Shown one piece after another: positions 50,368 through 64,000 of a DNA stretch of 64,000 nucleotides; position 1 is the stretch's first letter; each line of letters starts with the position of its first letter. The stretch is from Neocallimastix sp. 'constans'. Its lineage: Eukaryota. Where the stretch lies: the NCBI GenBank assembly GCA_050613775.1, contig JBODTK010000013.1:1240001-1304000 (forward strand), in the 5' to 3' direction. The notes under the pieces are model-generated. The model was not told where the DNA came from and searched no databases. It worked only from the letters and a program-made list of their open reading frames with translations. The translations under genes were made by a program, and so were the position numbers.

Positions 50368-50916
50368 TAACTCCAATTATAATAATAACAATGATGTGAA
50401 AAATAATTCTAAAAATTCAAAAATTGAAAATGATGTCATGAACAATGTTGATGAAAACTTCGGAAATTTAAATAATTATAATACTCTTATACATGATAAT
50501 ATTGATAATAATACTAATTCAAATATAAGAAAAGATGCTAGCTGATCCTTTAACGAAAAGTATTTCTGGAATTAATATGAAAATATTTACTGATAAAATA
50601 TTCAAAGATTAAAATAATTAATTTAAAAAAAAAAAAAAAAAAAAAATAAGATAAAATAAAATAAAATAAAATTAAAATAGATTAAAATAGTTAAACTGGT
50701 AATGCATAATGTAGGGGGAATGTTAAGGTTCACACTTATTTTATGTACATTATGACATTACATAGTGTATACATACTTATAATTATATAAAAGAAATAAT
50801 GTAATTTTATATTTGAAATTGAGGTCTTTTATTTTAATAAAATATAATATAAAATAATAGTTAATTGACTAATAATATTATATATTTATCATTAAGTGTG
50901 CTCTAATTTCTTAACA
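47442..50916 (+). mobile_element. Ty1/Copia element lacking RT (non-autonomous)
   Basis: 196-bp LTRs 47442-47637 and 50721-50916 (one mismatch seen), TSD ATTAG, PPT AGGGGGAA; domain order gag-protease-integrase. Confidence 0.95.
47780..50612 (+). pseudogene. Copia polyprotein with in-frame stops (48173, 49460) and an RT/RNase H deletion
   Basis: CDICKLNGHSTDYC, WIIDSG, LWHARLGH, VHTDV...SDNG...NGRAER; only the RNase H tail LADPLTK remains after the integrase. Confidence 0.9.
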
Positions 50917-51441
50917 ATTAGAGTTTTTATTTCTATTTCATATCAAATATTAATTAGAGTTTTTATTTCTATTTCATATCAAATATTAATTATAGTTTCC
51001 GGAATATTTTTAAATAAAACTATTTTTAATTAAAAAAATTGAATATGGATAAATTATTATATAAATTTTTACATCCTAAATTAAAAACATATAATTTAAT
51101 AGAAAAGCTATAGTAAAATATTATTTATATTATTAAATTTAGACCTAAAATTCAAATATTTTTTTGTTTTTATCATATTAAAAACAATTAAATCATTAAA
51201 AAAGTTTTATTACTATTATATCAATATATTAATACGTAATTATTAAACAAAGTACTGTCTATAAAATACTTTTATTTTATAAAGTAGGGAAAAAAGTTTT
51301 TTAAAAAAATTTTTTTATAAAAAATTTTTATAAAAATGTACTTTTTTCTTTTTTTTTAAATAACTTTTTACATGTTTATTCTTTATTAAATTTAATTTTT
51401 AATCAAAAAAATAAAAAATACATGAAATTTTTTTTAAATTA

Positions 51442-51486
<45 letters not shown>

Positions 51487-51800
51487 ACGTTATGAGTTTC
51501 GAGGACAAAAATGGCCACTAATTCTTCCTATTCATTGATTTATAACTTCATGTGGATAAAAACTATCATTCGAATCTGTATCATAATTTCTTCTTTTGAT
51601 TTATCGTTTTCGACGATGCTCTTGACAAAGGGGATGATCTAATAAGTATATATAAATTGATCATAGTGTGTAAAAAATTTCACAATTTCACTAATCACTA
51701 ATAGGCATTCCCATTGGTAAGGAATTCCCCGGGAGCCCCACAAAATATGAAATCGGAGTCTCTCTCCCTCTCTCTCTCTCTCTCTAAAGATGATTGAAAG

Positions 51801-52159
<359 letters not shown>

Positions 52160-52214
52160 AAACGTCTTCTTTTCCCTGGAACCTATCCGTTAACATTTCA
52201 TACACTGCATTTCT

Positions 52215-52218
<4 letters not shown>

Positions 52219-52250
<32 letters not shown>

Positions 52251-54766
52251 GGAAGCAAACTTGTTTCATCTTTATTAATTAAATATTTGATAAAATACAT
52301 GTAATAAAATAAAAAAAAAAAAAGATAAAAAAATAAACAAAAAATAAAAATAAAACACAAAATAAAATAATGGTATAATATATTCTAGTTTCATTTAATT
52401 AATATTTGTAAGACTTCACAAGGGCATTATTATACTGAAGTATAATAATTAATTTTGACTTCGCAATGTTAATCATAATTTTAAGAAACAAAATTATGAT
52501 CTTCATTGGTTGCGCTAGCCCTGCTGGCCTGTCTTACTGTTCCTTCAGCATTGACGCTCTTGGTAGTAGTAGTACGATTCGATTTGAACCTATTGAACAA
52601 AGACCATTGCTGGCCAATAGCAATAGGTATAATCGATTGGAGAAGTGCCGCAGTAACCACTAAGAACGGAGTATCAGAATAAGCACCTGATTTCATCTGG
52701 CACTTAAATAGATCCTCCCATTCCCTTGTACTGTTATTAATACTTCGACCTCCAAGAAGGAAATTAAACACTTTTTCACACACACTAGAATCAATATACA
52801 CATTATTTTCAATACTATTACTAACATTACTAAAAATACTATTACTAGTAATACTATAACTATTATTACTATTACTATTATTACTATTACTATTATAACT
52901 ATTACTATTATCATTATTACTATTAACTATATCATTTGTTAGGTTGCCACGGTTAAAAGCATTATATAAAAATAAAATTTTATCATTAACTTTACTACGA
53001 ATATGATTGAAAAAAGGACAATCAATTAACCAATGACTTATCCATTGTTTATTACTTTTACAACAGGGACAAAAATTAGGATACATTTGATCTATTATTT
53101 TTGCAGCTTTAGCAATTCTAGCATCTAATCTATATCCGCTTCGTGCTCTCAATAGCCAATAGAAACCATATGAAAGATCAGGATATTCATAACAAAGTTT
53201 TATAAATTTTGATATTTCTTCGAATTTGTTTTTGTCATAAAATTCAGCTTTAATAGAATTGATTTTCATATCTCTTTTCCAATAAAAATCCTTGATTTTA
53301 TTATCGTTATTTCCTCTTTTCTCTAGTTTACGTTTAAGAGTTCTACTTTCTTTCGTCCATGTATATTTTCTAGATTTTGGAATATTATTAACTAAAAAGA
53401 AAATAATACAATTTGAATCTTTCCATTTATCAAAACATTTGACTTGAGACAAAGCACACTTAGCTGACAATGGAGGAATATGTAAGTCTTTTGAAATAGA
53501 ATATACATTAATAAAAGATTTGGTTTTATGTATACCTGCAATCCATCTTAATCCTTTATTAATTAATTTCTGAGAATTATTTTTTCTCGCTTTATTTGAA
53601 CCAAGTAAAGGTGCAAAGTAAGAGACTTTACTAAGTACATAAGAGTTAATTATAATCTTCTTAAATGGAATAGGAATTTTGGAATTTGAAAGAAATTTAC
53701 TAACAGAAAAGAGAGCTTTTGTAACTTTAGAGTTAAGTAATTTAATAATAGGGTTCAACGATAAGCTTTTATCAAATGGTATACCTAAATAGGTATAACA
53801 TTTAGTTATTGGGATTGGTTGACCAGCAAGATAAAAAGTAGGATCTCTTTTATTTTGAAAAAGAGGTGTGTCTGGTCGAATCACCATCGTTGCACACTTG
53901 TTAATTTCAAAATTCATCATATTAAATTTAGCCCATTCATTTACCTTCTTAAGCATTTTTTTTAACTTAGTTCTTGACGGTGCGCATAGAACAATATCAT
54001 CTGCAAAGAGTCCACCACAACATCTAGATTCGCCTAAAGGAATTCCAAGCTCTGAAAAATCATTAAAAAATGTCATTAATAAAAAGATTGAAAAGAATTG
54101 GTGATAGTGGACAACCTTGTCTAACTCCTTTCATAATATTAAAAGATTCCGAATATTGATCATCAATTTTAACACTGGCTTTGGAAGTCAAACATAGATT
54201 TTTTTTAAATTGATAACATTTACCTCTAATACCTAAAGCATCTAATTTATATAAAATATTACCTATTGGAACAGAATCATATGTCTTTTTTAAATCTAGA
54301 AAAGCAAGGTAAGTTTCTTTATTATCATTTTTTACGCCTTTGACAAATTTCTCGAATTGAAATAAATAAACTAACACATTCTTCTTTTGTACGAAATCCA
54401 AATTGCTCTGGCCTAATAAAATTATTTTTAAGTCCATATTCCGAAATTCTTTTGGAGACTATTTTCGAAATGAGTTTAATACCATTGTTAATAAGAGAGA
54501 TACCTCGATAATTGTCACAATCAGATAGATCATCTCCTTTTTTAGGAATAGATATAATACTTGCTTCATTCCAAGAGCTAGGAAATTCTCCATTCCAAAT
54601 TCTTGAGTATATCTTCTGTAAACAATTTAAACCAGAAGAAGAATTATTTACTGAATTTTCGTCATCCGGAGGAATTAAAGCTTTATAAAATTCAATAGGA
54701 ATTCCATCCGGGCCTGAAGCTTTATAATTTGGAGTAACTAAAATTGCTTCTCTAATTTCTTCTATA
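52219..54766 (-). mobile_element. 5'-truncated, frameshifted non-LTR retrotransposon (LINE)
   Basis: ASGPDGIP, KGVRQGCPLSPILF, LFADD, C-terminal CPCC...HWLIDC; poly(A) tail 52219-52247; candidate TSD CTGCCA (52213-52218, 54767-54772). Confidence 0.92.
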
Positions 54767-55135
54767 CTGCCAAGAAGGAAGGAAATATAGCACGAAAAAA
54801 AAATTTAATTAATATTATTCATCAAAAAAATTTTCCTCTCTTTGTCATCAAGAATGTTCAATGATATGTTTTCTCATATGCCATCAGAGAAAAATAGTAA
54901 TAAAAAAAATAATAATAAAAAAATAATAATAAAAAAATTTCATCCAACAAATTGAATGAATTATATGTTCTAAATTTTAAAGAATTTCAATAATAAGTAT
55001 TCAGTACGTTTAAAAAAAAAAAAACTTTTATAGGACAATTGAATATCTGTAAAGTAAATAATGTAGTACTCTATTTACTTTGAATCAAATGAAATATTAT
55101 AAATAAAATTAATTTTCTACAGATTTATTATTTCT

Positions 55136-55191
<56 letters not shown>

Positions 55192-56268
55192 TTTTATTTT
55201 TGTTATTGTTTTTTTAGACTAGGAAGAGAATATACTTCCTTTTCTTTATTTAATAATTTTTTAATGTATTAATATATTATAGACATTTAAATATAAAAAT
55301 AGATTATATTTATAATATATATTTTTTTTTTTTTTTTGATAAAAAAAAATATTCTTGTATATAAAATATTATTCTTATATAATTCAAATCAACTATATCG
55401 GCACTCTTTTCCACCAAGAAGAATGTTAAATACCAGGTACAAAGCCAAATATGTATTAATACACTTATTCAGAAAATTACTAATAATAATTTCATAATTG
55501 ACTTCTTAATAATGATAATATTATTTTCACTATTTAGTAATATCGCAATATTAATTACTTCTGTTTTCGATATTTCCATTTAAACACATTAATTTTTTCA
55601 ATAATTTATTCTTTACCATCAAGTTAAAATATCTTGCTACCACTTTTAACCTTTTTATCAATAAATATATAAATATGCATAAATATACTCACTAAAAATA
55701 CAAACCATTAACATCAAAAACTTTATTGCAAATACATTCAATGTTTAAAAAATATTTAATTATTTAATTTCTAAATAATTCACACTTTTAATTCTTATTA
55801 TATAACTTTAAAATTTTCTAAATCATAAAATAATTTAAAATTAAAATGCTTTTAAAAAAAAAAACAGTATTTTTTTTGTTATTAAAAATGAACTTTATTA
55901 AAATAATTTTTATCTTTTAATATTCATATTTTGAATATTAAATATATTATATATAAATATTATTTATCAGAAAAAAATTGTCATCAATTGAATATAAATC
56001 TCTATATTCAGTGCTTGACTCTTTGATTAGATTCATCATTATAATATTTATATAAATATATTTCATATCAAAATTATAATTAAAAGAAATAAATTATTTG
56101 AAAATAAAATATTGAACGTTCCCATAACACCAAACATCCTATTATACTCTTAACACGTTTGTAAATGTAGTTTTTATGTACATTCGTGAACAATGTACAA
56201 TCTTTATTATTAAACATTCTTATTATGTGGATTATTTTAATATCAAAATTACTTGAATATAAAATAAC

Positions 56269-56862
56269 TTAGAATTGGAGGGCGGCACCCTTAGTCTATT
56301 TTTATTGAAAAAATTTAATTATTTATAAAAAATTTTTAATTAATATTTTATTCAATAACATTCTAATTATTTTTTTTTACTTATTGCTATTAAAAACATT
56401 ACCTTCTTTTCACCACCTAATTCGAAGTGCTTGCATCTCTTGATGGCTAATTGTTGCTTGTACTTACAGACGGTACATTCTAAACGAAGGACAATCTTCT
56501 TAGTAGTCTTAGCCTTCTTGTGGAAAACTGGCTTGGTTTGACCACCGAAACCACTTTGCTTACGGTCATAACGTCTCTTACCTTGAGCGAAAAGAGAAGC
56601 CTTACCAGTCTTGTATTGAGTAACCTTGTGGAGGGTGTGCTTTCTACACTTCTTACCCTTACAGAAAGTCTTACGGGTCTTTGGAATGTTAACCTATTTA
56701 ACATATAATATAATTAATATAATTACATTTACTTATTAATTATCTTTTTCATCCATCTATCCTTTATACACTTCACACATACTCTCGAACATCACAACTT
56801 CTATTACTTATATACAATTCAATAAACTATTCAACATTATTCATTAATAAAATATTTACCAT
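56269..56862 (-). CDS. RPL42: 60S ribosomal protein eL42 (L42/L44/L36a), 106 aa, 3 exons: 56862-56860, 56693-56403, 56295-56269
   Basis: [29 protein letters not shown]...[17 protein letters not shown]...[19 protein letters not shown] introns. Confidence 0.97.
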
Positions 56863-57735
56863 CTCGATTTACAGATGATATGTATTGAAAGAGGAGGGAA
56901 AAAAAAATGATTAAAACTATTTTCTTTTCTTAACAATTGTAATTTCATAAATTTATTTGACCAATCATATTACTTTCTTTATATGTAAAATTCAAATGAT
57001 TGAAAATTAAGAATTATATTAATAATAAAAAAATATATTTTTATTACATTATATTTTAATTTTGGAATAATGTAGAAATTTTTTTTCTTAATTGATATAT
57101 ATGATGTAAAATTTAATTTGATAATGTGGCGTATCTGAATCGTTATTTAAAGTCATATTTTTTAATGCAATTGCACTAAAAGTTAATAATAAATAAATAA
57201 TAATATAAATGGGTTAATTATTTTAAATATTAATCATCAAAAATAATATATATATATATTGAATATAATACATTTCATAAAGTGGAACACTAAGTTTTAT
57301 TCACCACGAATTAAAAAAAGTAAATGAATAAAAAAAAAAATAAGAAATAAAAAAAAAATATATTAAAATTTATAAATTTTTTTCAAAATACAATTTCTAT
57401 TTAATACGCCGTAATGAAAAATAAATTTTGCCAAAATGCAACTTTCCTAAATAATTATGAATACTTTATTATATTAAAAAATCTGAATAATTTTTTTTTT
57501 TTATTATTATTCGAAATAAATAATTAAAAATTTAAAAATAAATAATTTAATAAAATATATAAAATAAAAAATGAAAAAAATTTTTATAATTAAATACTGT
57601 TATGTTACTAGATATTTTATTATTATAATTACTACTATTTTTTTAATTAATATCTTATTATAATATATTTAAGAAATAATATTGTTGAATTATTGTTAAA
57701 ATGCTAAATTTATTTAATATAAATACCTATTTATA

Positions 57736-57859
57736 GGGAGGTGTGCATTTCCTTGCTTATGTGGAGTTGAGAGCGCCGACGCCGTACTGGTATGACAGTT
57801 AATCATACACTCATATTAACATATGGGGGAGACAAAAGTCTTCAGTCTATTAAAAAAAA
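57736..57859 (+). mobile_element. Truncated second copy of the SINE 3' end
   Basis: TACTGGTATGACA...ATATGGGGGAGACA.AAGTCTTCA.TCTAT plus A-run matches the reverse complement of 44871-44970. Confidence 0.8.
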
Positions 57860-58076
57860 TGATATTGATTTTAATAATAAAAATAACTATATAAAATATT
57901 GATATAATTATTTATTATTCAGAATAAATAATATATAATTTTTTAATATGACAGTAATATGAAGATATGAAGTATATATGAAAATATTTTTTTATTTGAA
58001 ATACTTATATTTATTCTGAATAAAAAATTAGTGTTAATTATTCAATTTCTTTTAATTAGAAAAATAAAATATCTAT

Positions 58077-58155
<79 letters not shown>

Positions 58156-58829
58156 TTATTATTTATTATTTATTATTTATTATTTATTAATTATTAATTA
58201 TTATTTATTATTTATTTTATTATAAAATATTTTTATTTATTTAAAAATATTTTATAATAAAATATTTAAAGACTTTACTTATTTTAAAAATGATTTTTAT
58301 TATTTATTTAATTATTTATATAATTATTTATTTAATAATTTATTTAATTATTTATTTAATTATTTATTTATTATAATAACTATTATATTTTATTAATGTT
58401 TTATTTGTCATGATTTATATACTTATTAATTAAATATTTATATACTTATAATTATTTATTTTAAAACGCTACTTTTTGTAATACGCCATATTACGAAATG
58501 AGACGTTTTCAAAAATAACTTTGTTTATACACATTTTTTATTACTTAACAAAATCCTCTGCTAACATGTATTAGGAATATCTTAATTTTAAAACAATATA
58601 TCTTATTACATTTAATTATAATTATATAATTGATTAAAATAATAATAAGGTTTTCTAAATATTTATATAAATTATTATGTAAATATTTAAAAATAAATAA
58701 TAATATTATTAATAAAAAGATAAAATAAAAAAATTTGTTATTTGATGTTTATTATGGCTTAAATAATTAAAAAAATTTCTATAATAAATATTATATAACA
58801 TTTAGAAATAAATAAATATATAAATAAAC

Positions 58830-58905
<76 letters not shown>

Positions 58906-59245
58906 ATGATCTTAAATATATGAAATATATGAATATAATAATTTCAGTAATAGAAATATTTTTGTTTTTATGTATTAATGGAAATAATGAAATAAAATAA
59001 AATTAGATTAAAAATATTTTAGTAGTAATAATTTAATCAAAACTGAAATTTTATTATTCGTATATATATATATATTAATTTTTTACTTTTATTTTGTCTT
59101 GTTTCACTTTTGTTTGTATTAAAAAATGATTATTTATTTAATTACATATTATTAATTTGTTAATTTAAATAAATATATTATGATTTATGGTTTAATGGAA
59201 AACTAATAAATTTGAAAGACATTATTTAAATAATAAAATTTAGTT

Positions 59246-61971
59246 TTAAGGATTCATTCTTGGTATTTTAGTACAATTATGACTAATTGGTTTTAATATA
59301 ATATTAGTAACATTAACATGTAAAGGAGTTTTTGATTGAGATAATGAAGAATAAAGCTTAATTCGATTTTGCATAGCTAGAGGATCTCTTAATCTTCCTG
59401 TAGATTTATAAACTGATGGTTTTGATATTAAAACTGAATTTTTAATCAATTCATTTTTAGAATAGAATCTGTTATGTAATGAAGATTCTATAGCTGTGTG
59501 TTGTCTTTGTCTTGAATAATATGATTTGGATGTTGAATTTGATATGTCAATGGCTTTCTTATAATAAGATTGAACGAATAAAACATGTTTTTCTAATAAA
59601 TTTTGAAGCGATGAAATTAAATAATTTTTAGAATTACCTTTAACATTTTTCAATTCTTCAATATATTCTATAATTAATTGAATGTATTCTTTCAATTTAA
59701 ATTGAATAAAATAAATTGTTTCTTGTTCATACATATTATTTTTTTTAAATTGAATATCCTGACAGTCAAGATCTTCATCTTCACAAATACTTTCTTTGTT
59801 TCTACTAGAGGAACCACTACTTTGACTATCAAAATCATCATAAATTTCAGAGTCAGTGGTATCTTCAGAATCTATTTGGCTTGATTTATTTATATTATTA
59901 CTATCATTAATATTTTTAGATTCTTTATTTTGCTTTAATGAATATTTTTGATTATTGCCCATACCTTTATTTGATATTTTAATATTACTTCTATTACCGG
60001 CTACTGTAGTTTTCTTTTTTTCTATTAGTTGATTTTTTTGTTTCTCAATTGTTGGGGGTAATGGAACCTTTGAACAAGGTAAATTAATTACTGCATTCTT
60101 TTTTTGAAGAGCTGATACAGATCTTTTATGGTTTTTCAAACTTGGTAATGATATAGAACTTAAATTAAAAGGTACGTAATCACAATTTCTAATAGTTTCT
60201 TCTATATTTTTTAAAATTGATTTCAATAAAAATAATTTTATCTCATTTTTAATACCTAGACATTCATATTTGAATAAACTCTTATCATTATTATAAGTAT
60301 TATATACTTCATCAATAAAATTTAATGATGACGTTGATGAGGATCTTGACATGGAATCAAAAATTGAAATTGAAGAAGTTGAAGAAGGCTTTAATAATGA
60401 TTCATGTAACTCTAAGGAACTGTTTTTCTTTATTTCCTTTTCAGAATTTTCAGATATTATTACTTCAGTTGATATTGGAGGAAGAAAGGGAGATGAAGAA
60501 GAAGAATGAAGTAATTTATCTGAATTATTATTTTCATTAATAGTTGATTGTTTTAAATTCTTCGAAGAATCACTTGAATTATTTGCATTACTATCATAAT
60601 TAATGTCATTGGTAACTGATGGTGCAGGTGGTATATCTATTATTAAGTTCGAATTAGTATTATTTAATTTCTGAAATTCAGTATTTGATGAACTAAGAGT
60701 AATACTTTCAACTGGTATATTAAATGATTCTAAAAAGTGGAAAGGAAGTAATATTTTTATAATATCATCAACTAGTTTTATCCAATATGTTGGCTTACAA
60801 TAAAAAGCTTTCAGCCATTTTTCTATATTGGAAAGCATCAATGTTATTAGATATAAATATTCATTAGAATATAAATTAATATTTCGAATATCCATCAACA
60901 TATTCATTAAGTTAGAACATAGTTGAGTAATAATACTTGAAAAATTTAATTTTTTTGAAGACTCATTCATTGATGAAACTATATTAGTTAATTCAGTAGC
61001 ATTTTCGTCATTTTGGAATATAAAATATTTTTTTACAATTCTGAAAAATATATCATTTATGCAGTAAATATTCCATATATGTCTATTTAAAGGATTATAT
61101 CTATTTGTTTCATTAAAGAAATTATTATCCTTTTCAAAACCTTTTTTTTTCTTTAATTTTATGAGTAAATTGCAGAGTTTAGAAAAATTCTCTCTACATT
61201 CTTCAATAGATAATAGACTTTTTTTAATTACAGATGATGAGTAATGGCGATGAGAATCATTTTGTTTAAAAGAATTATTTTTAAAATTATTATCATCACT
61301 ATCACTACTATTATTGTCTTGATTATTTTTCATGCTTGAATATACTTTTTTATTATCATTTTTACTTTTCAAAGATGAACCTTTTAACTTACTTTCATTA
61401 TATATCATTTTTTTATCATCTTTTTTTAGTGTTTCAACTTTTATATTTTTTATTTCATCTAGAAAATAAGAAGTCAATTCAGTTATTGAATTTTTTTCCA
61501 TATAATAAGTTCCCAATAAAATTTCTAAATTGTACAACACAGGCTTTTGATCAAATGAAATAGTTGAATATATTCGATAGGTTGACGAACTATTATTTAA
61601 ATAATTATATTTTTCATTATAATATATATTCTGACTAACCGATTTTGATAAATGTATATTCTTAATGTAATATATAAATATATATTAGATAATTATTAAT
61701 AATATTATGTATAAAAATTTCATTTTAATTATATAACTTTTTTAATGATTATTATATATATATATATATATTAATTAAATATATAATTATTTACCATGCT
61801 TTTTGCATTAATTAAAATCCATAATAATTCTTTATTGACTAATTTTAAAGGACTATATTCATTAACTTTTTTTATATTTGCCAATCTAATATATATATGT
61901 ACATATATGTACATATGTTAATCATTTTATTATTATTTTATTATTAAAAGAAAATATATAAAATTAATATA

Positions 61972-62008
<37 letters not shown>

Positions 62009-62353
62009 AAATAGAAAAAAATAAAAAAAAAAAAAAAAAAGGAAAATAGATAAAATAATATATAAATATTATATGACATAAACATACTGAAGTGAAAAGA
62101 ATTTTATAATAGCAAGAGATAAATTATTAACTTCTTCTTTCTCATTTAATTTTCTTAAAAATTTTGACGTCATCTCTTTATTAATAACATAACTTCTCAG
62201 ATTTTTTATTGAAAAATAAAATATCTTTTCAGTAATACTTTTAAAATCAATATCCACTTTTTCATCCATTAAATTATCTAGCAAAGGCATATTATCCTTA
62301 TTTATGAAAAGTTGAACAAGTGTTACATATGAGAAATGTTGAAATCCGTTACT

Positions 62354-62397
<44 letters not shown>

Positions 62398-62767
62398 TAA
62401 TATTATATATAATATATATTATTAATTAATACTATTATTATTATTATATTGGTATATTGTTTTATATGTATATATATATTAATAGTTTATACTATTTACT
62501 TTTCATTAAAATTTTCAAATAAATTAATGACCGTCCATAATGTTTTTGACACTAATTTTGAATTATAAACATCATGTTCAGTAATTATTCTCCAAATTGC
62601 TACTGATAATAAATCTGACAAAAGTCTAAATATATTAAAATTATATAAATTAATTGATTTAATATTTTTTTAATTAATTTTTATAATTTTTTAATAGATT
62701 ATGGTTTTTTAATTTTTATAATTATAAAGTTTTTCATTAAATTCATTTGTAATATAAAAATAGAATT

Positions 62768-62808
<41 letters not shown>

Positions 62809-63540
62809 AAATATAGATATACAATTAATATATAGTATTTATAATAATATATATGCATATAAAATAAAATATAAATATATAATTAATATATAATATTAAC
62901 ATAAATATTGAATACATATATTTATTACATATTATTGTAGGATAATTTTTTTAGATATGATTTGACATTTTTTCCTCCTAATTTCAATGAAAATAATAAA
63001 AATTTTGAGACTAATCGACATTCATTTAATTCATTTTTTACTGAAATTGCTGTATTTTTATCACTTTCATCAATAATAAACGCAAAAAATAATCTTGATA
63101 TAAATTTTATGAAAAGATTACATGAATGTTTACAAAGGTTTTCTATTCTTGCCTTTTATTCATTTTTTTTTTTTTTTACATTTTGATTTTTTGAGAATAA
63201 CAAAACAAATAGATAATATTAAAAATTTGTAAATATATTATTTTTTAGTTATACATTTTAAATTAAAATGTATACATATTTTTCCTTCTTTATTATTATT
63301 ATTATTATTATAATTATTATTATTATTATTATTATTATTTTAAATATAAATATAAAATATTGTAATTATACACTACTTGAATTATTTCATTTTCTTCTGG
63401 GAATAATGGTAAAGGATCATATTCGGATGATAATTCATGAATGCCAAAAATCCATTTTGTCAAATAATCGTTTATATTGTCTTCCTCATAATAACTTGGA
63501 GTAATTAGTTCAATAAATAAATTTAATATATTTTGTATTG
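59246..63540 (-). CDS. Multi-exon host gene of unknown function; large last exon ~59246-61630
   Basis: 764-aa Ser/Asn-rich ORF plus upstream coding-like blocks (~61800-61885, 62080-62350, 62530-62625, 62920-63190, 63370-63540) separated by AT-rich intron-like DNA; boundaries approximate. Confidence 0.65.
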
Positions 63541-64000
63541 TCTTTTGAATATATTTTTATATATACATTTATTTCATTTAATATTATTTAAAATAATTTT
63601 TTTTTAAAAAAAAAACAAGATAATAATATTATTAAAATTTAATATTAAGATACAGAGTTATATATTTATATACATGCATATATATTTGTACAATCATATA
63701 TTTAAGAATAAATATATAAATAACTACATATTTATACCTCACTTTCAATATCATAATAGTATTCTTCATCGAAAAATTGAGTAATTTTTCCAAAAAAGTT
63801 CTCATATTGTAAAAATTGATAATTATTTTTTATAATTTTTCTTTCAGATCTATATTAACATTTATTGGTAATTATTTAATTATTTATTATTTAGTTATTT
63901 TTTCATTAAAAATAAGATAAAATATTATAATATTAATAATAACAATTTATAACGACCTTTTCCATAAAAGAAAACTTAATTCATTTCTACAAGAACAATC

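Noticed and set aside
56694..56859. Intronic C/D snoRNA in RPL42 intron 1
   Set aside because: A weak C-box-like GTGATG is present, but no CTGA D box.

Overview
Extremely AT-rich eukaryotic DNA. The composition, poly-Asn and (TTA)n tracts and an intron-containing eL42 gene suggest an anaerobic gut fungus (Neocallimastigomycota); this is inference only. About 1-42 kb is a nest of Ty3/Gypsy LTR retrotransposons from two lineages. The first is Tf1-like self-priming chromoviruses, whose LTRs start with a tRNA-like Pol III A-box/B-box module. The second is tRNA-primed, -1-frameshifting, chromodomain-less elements (named A, B and C here) with an atypical D-S/A-C protease motif; A looks intact. The right part holds an RT-less Copia element, a 5'-truncated LINE, two SINE copies, a secreted Ser/Thr-rich protein gene, RPL42 (eL42) and an unidentified multi-exon gene. 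Two observations stand out. (1) A and B each inserted 19-22 nt upstream of the A-box inside a chromovirus LTR, in opposite orientation, suggesting one retroelement's LTR is a Pol III landing pad for another. (2) Two multi-domain structured RNA motifs with compensatory base changes recur in the element leaders and match no RNA family I recognise. Coordinates were read by eye and may be off by a few bases.
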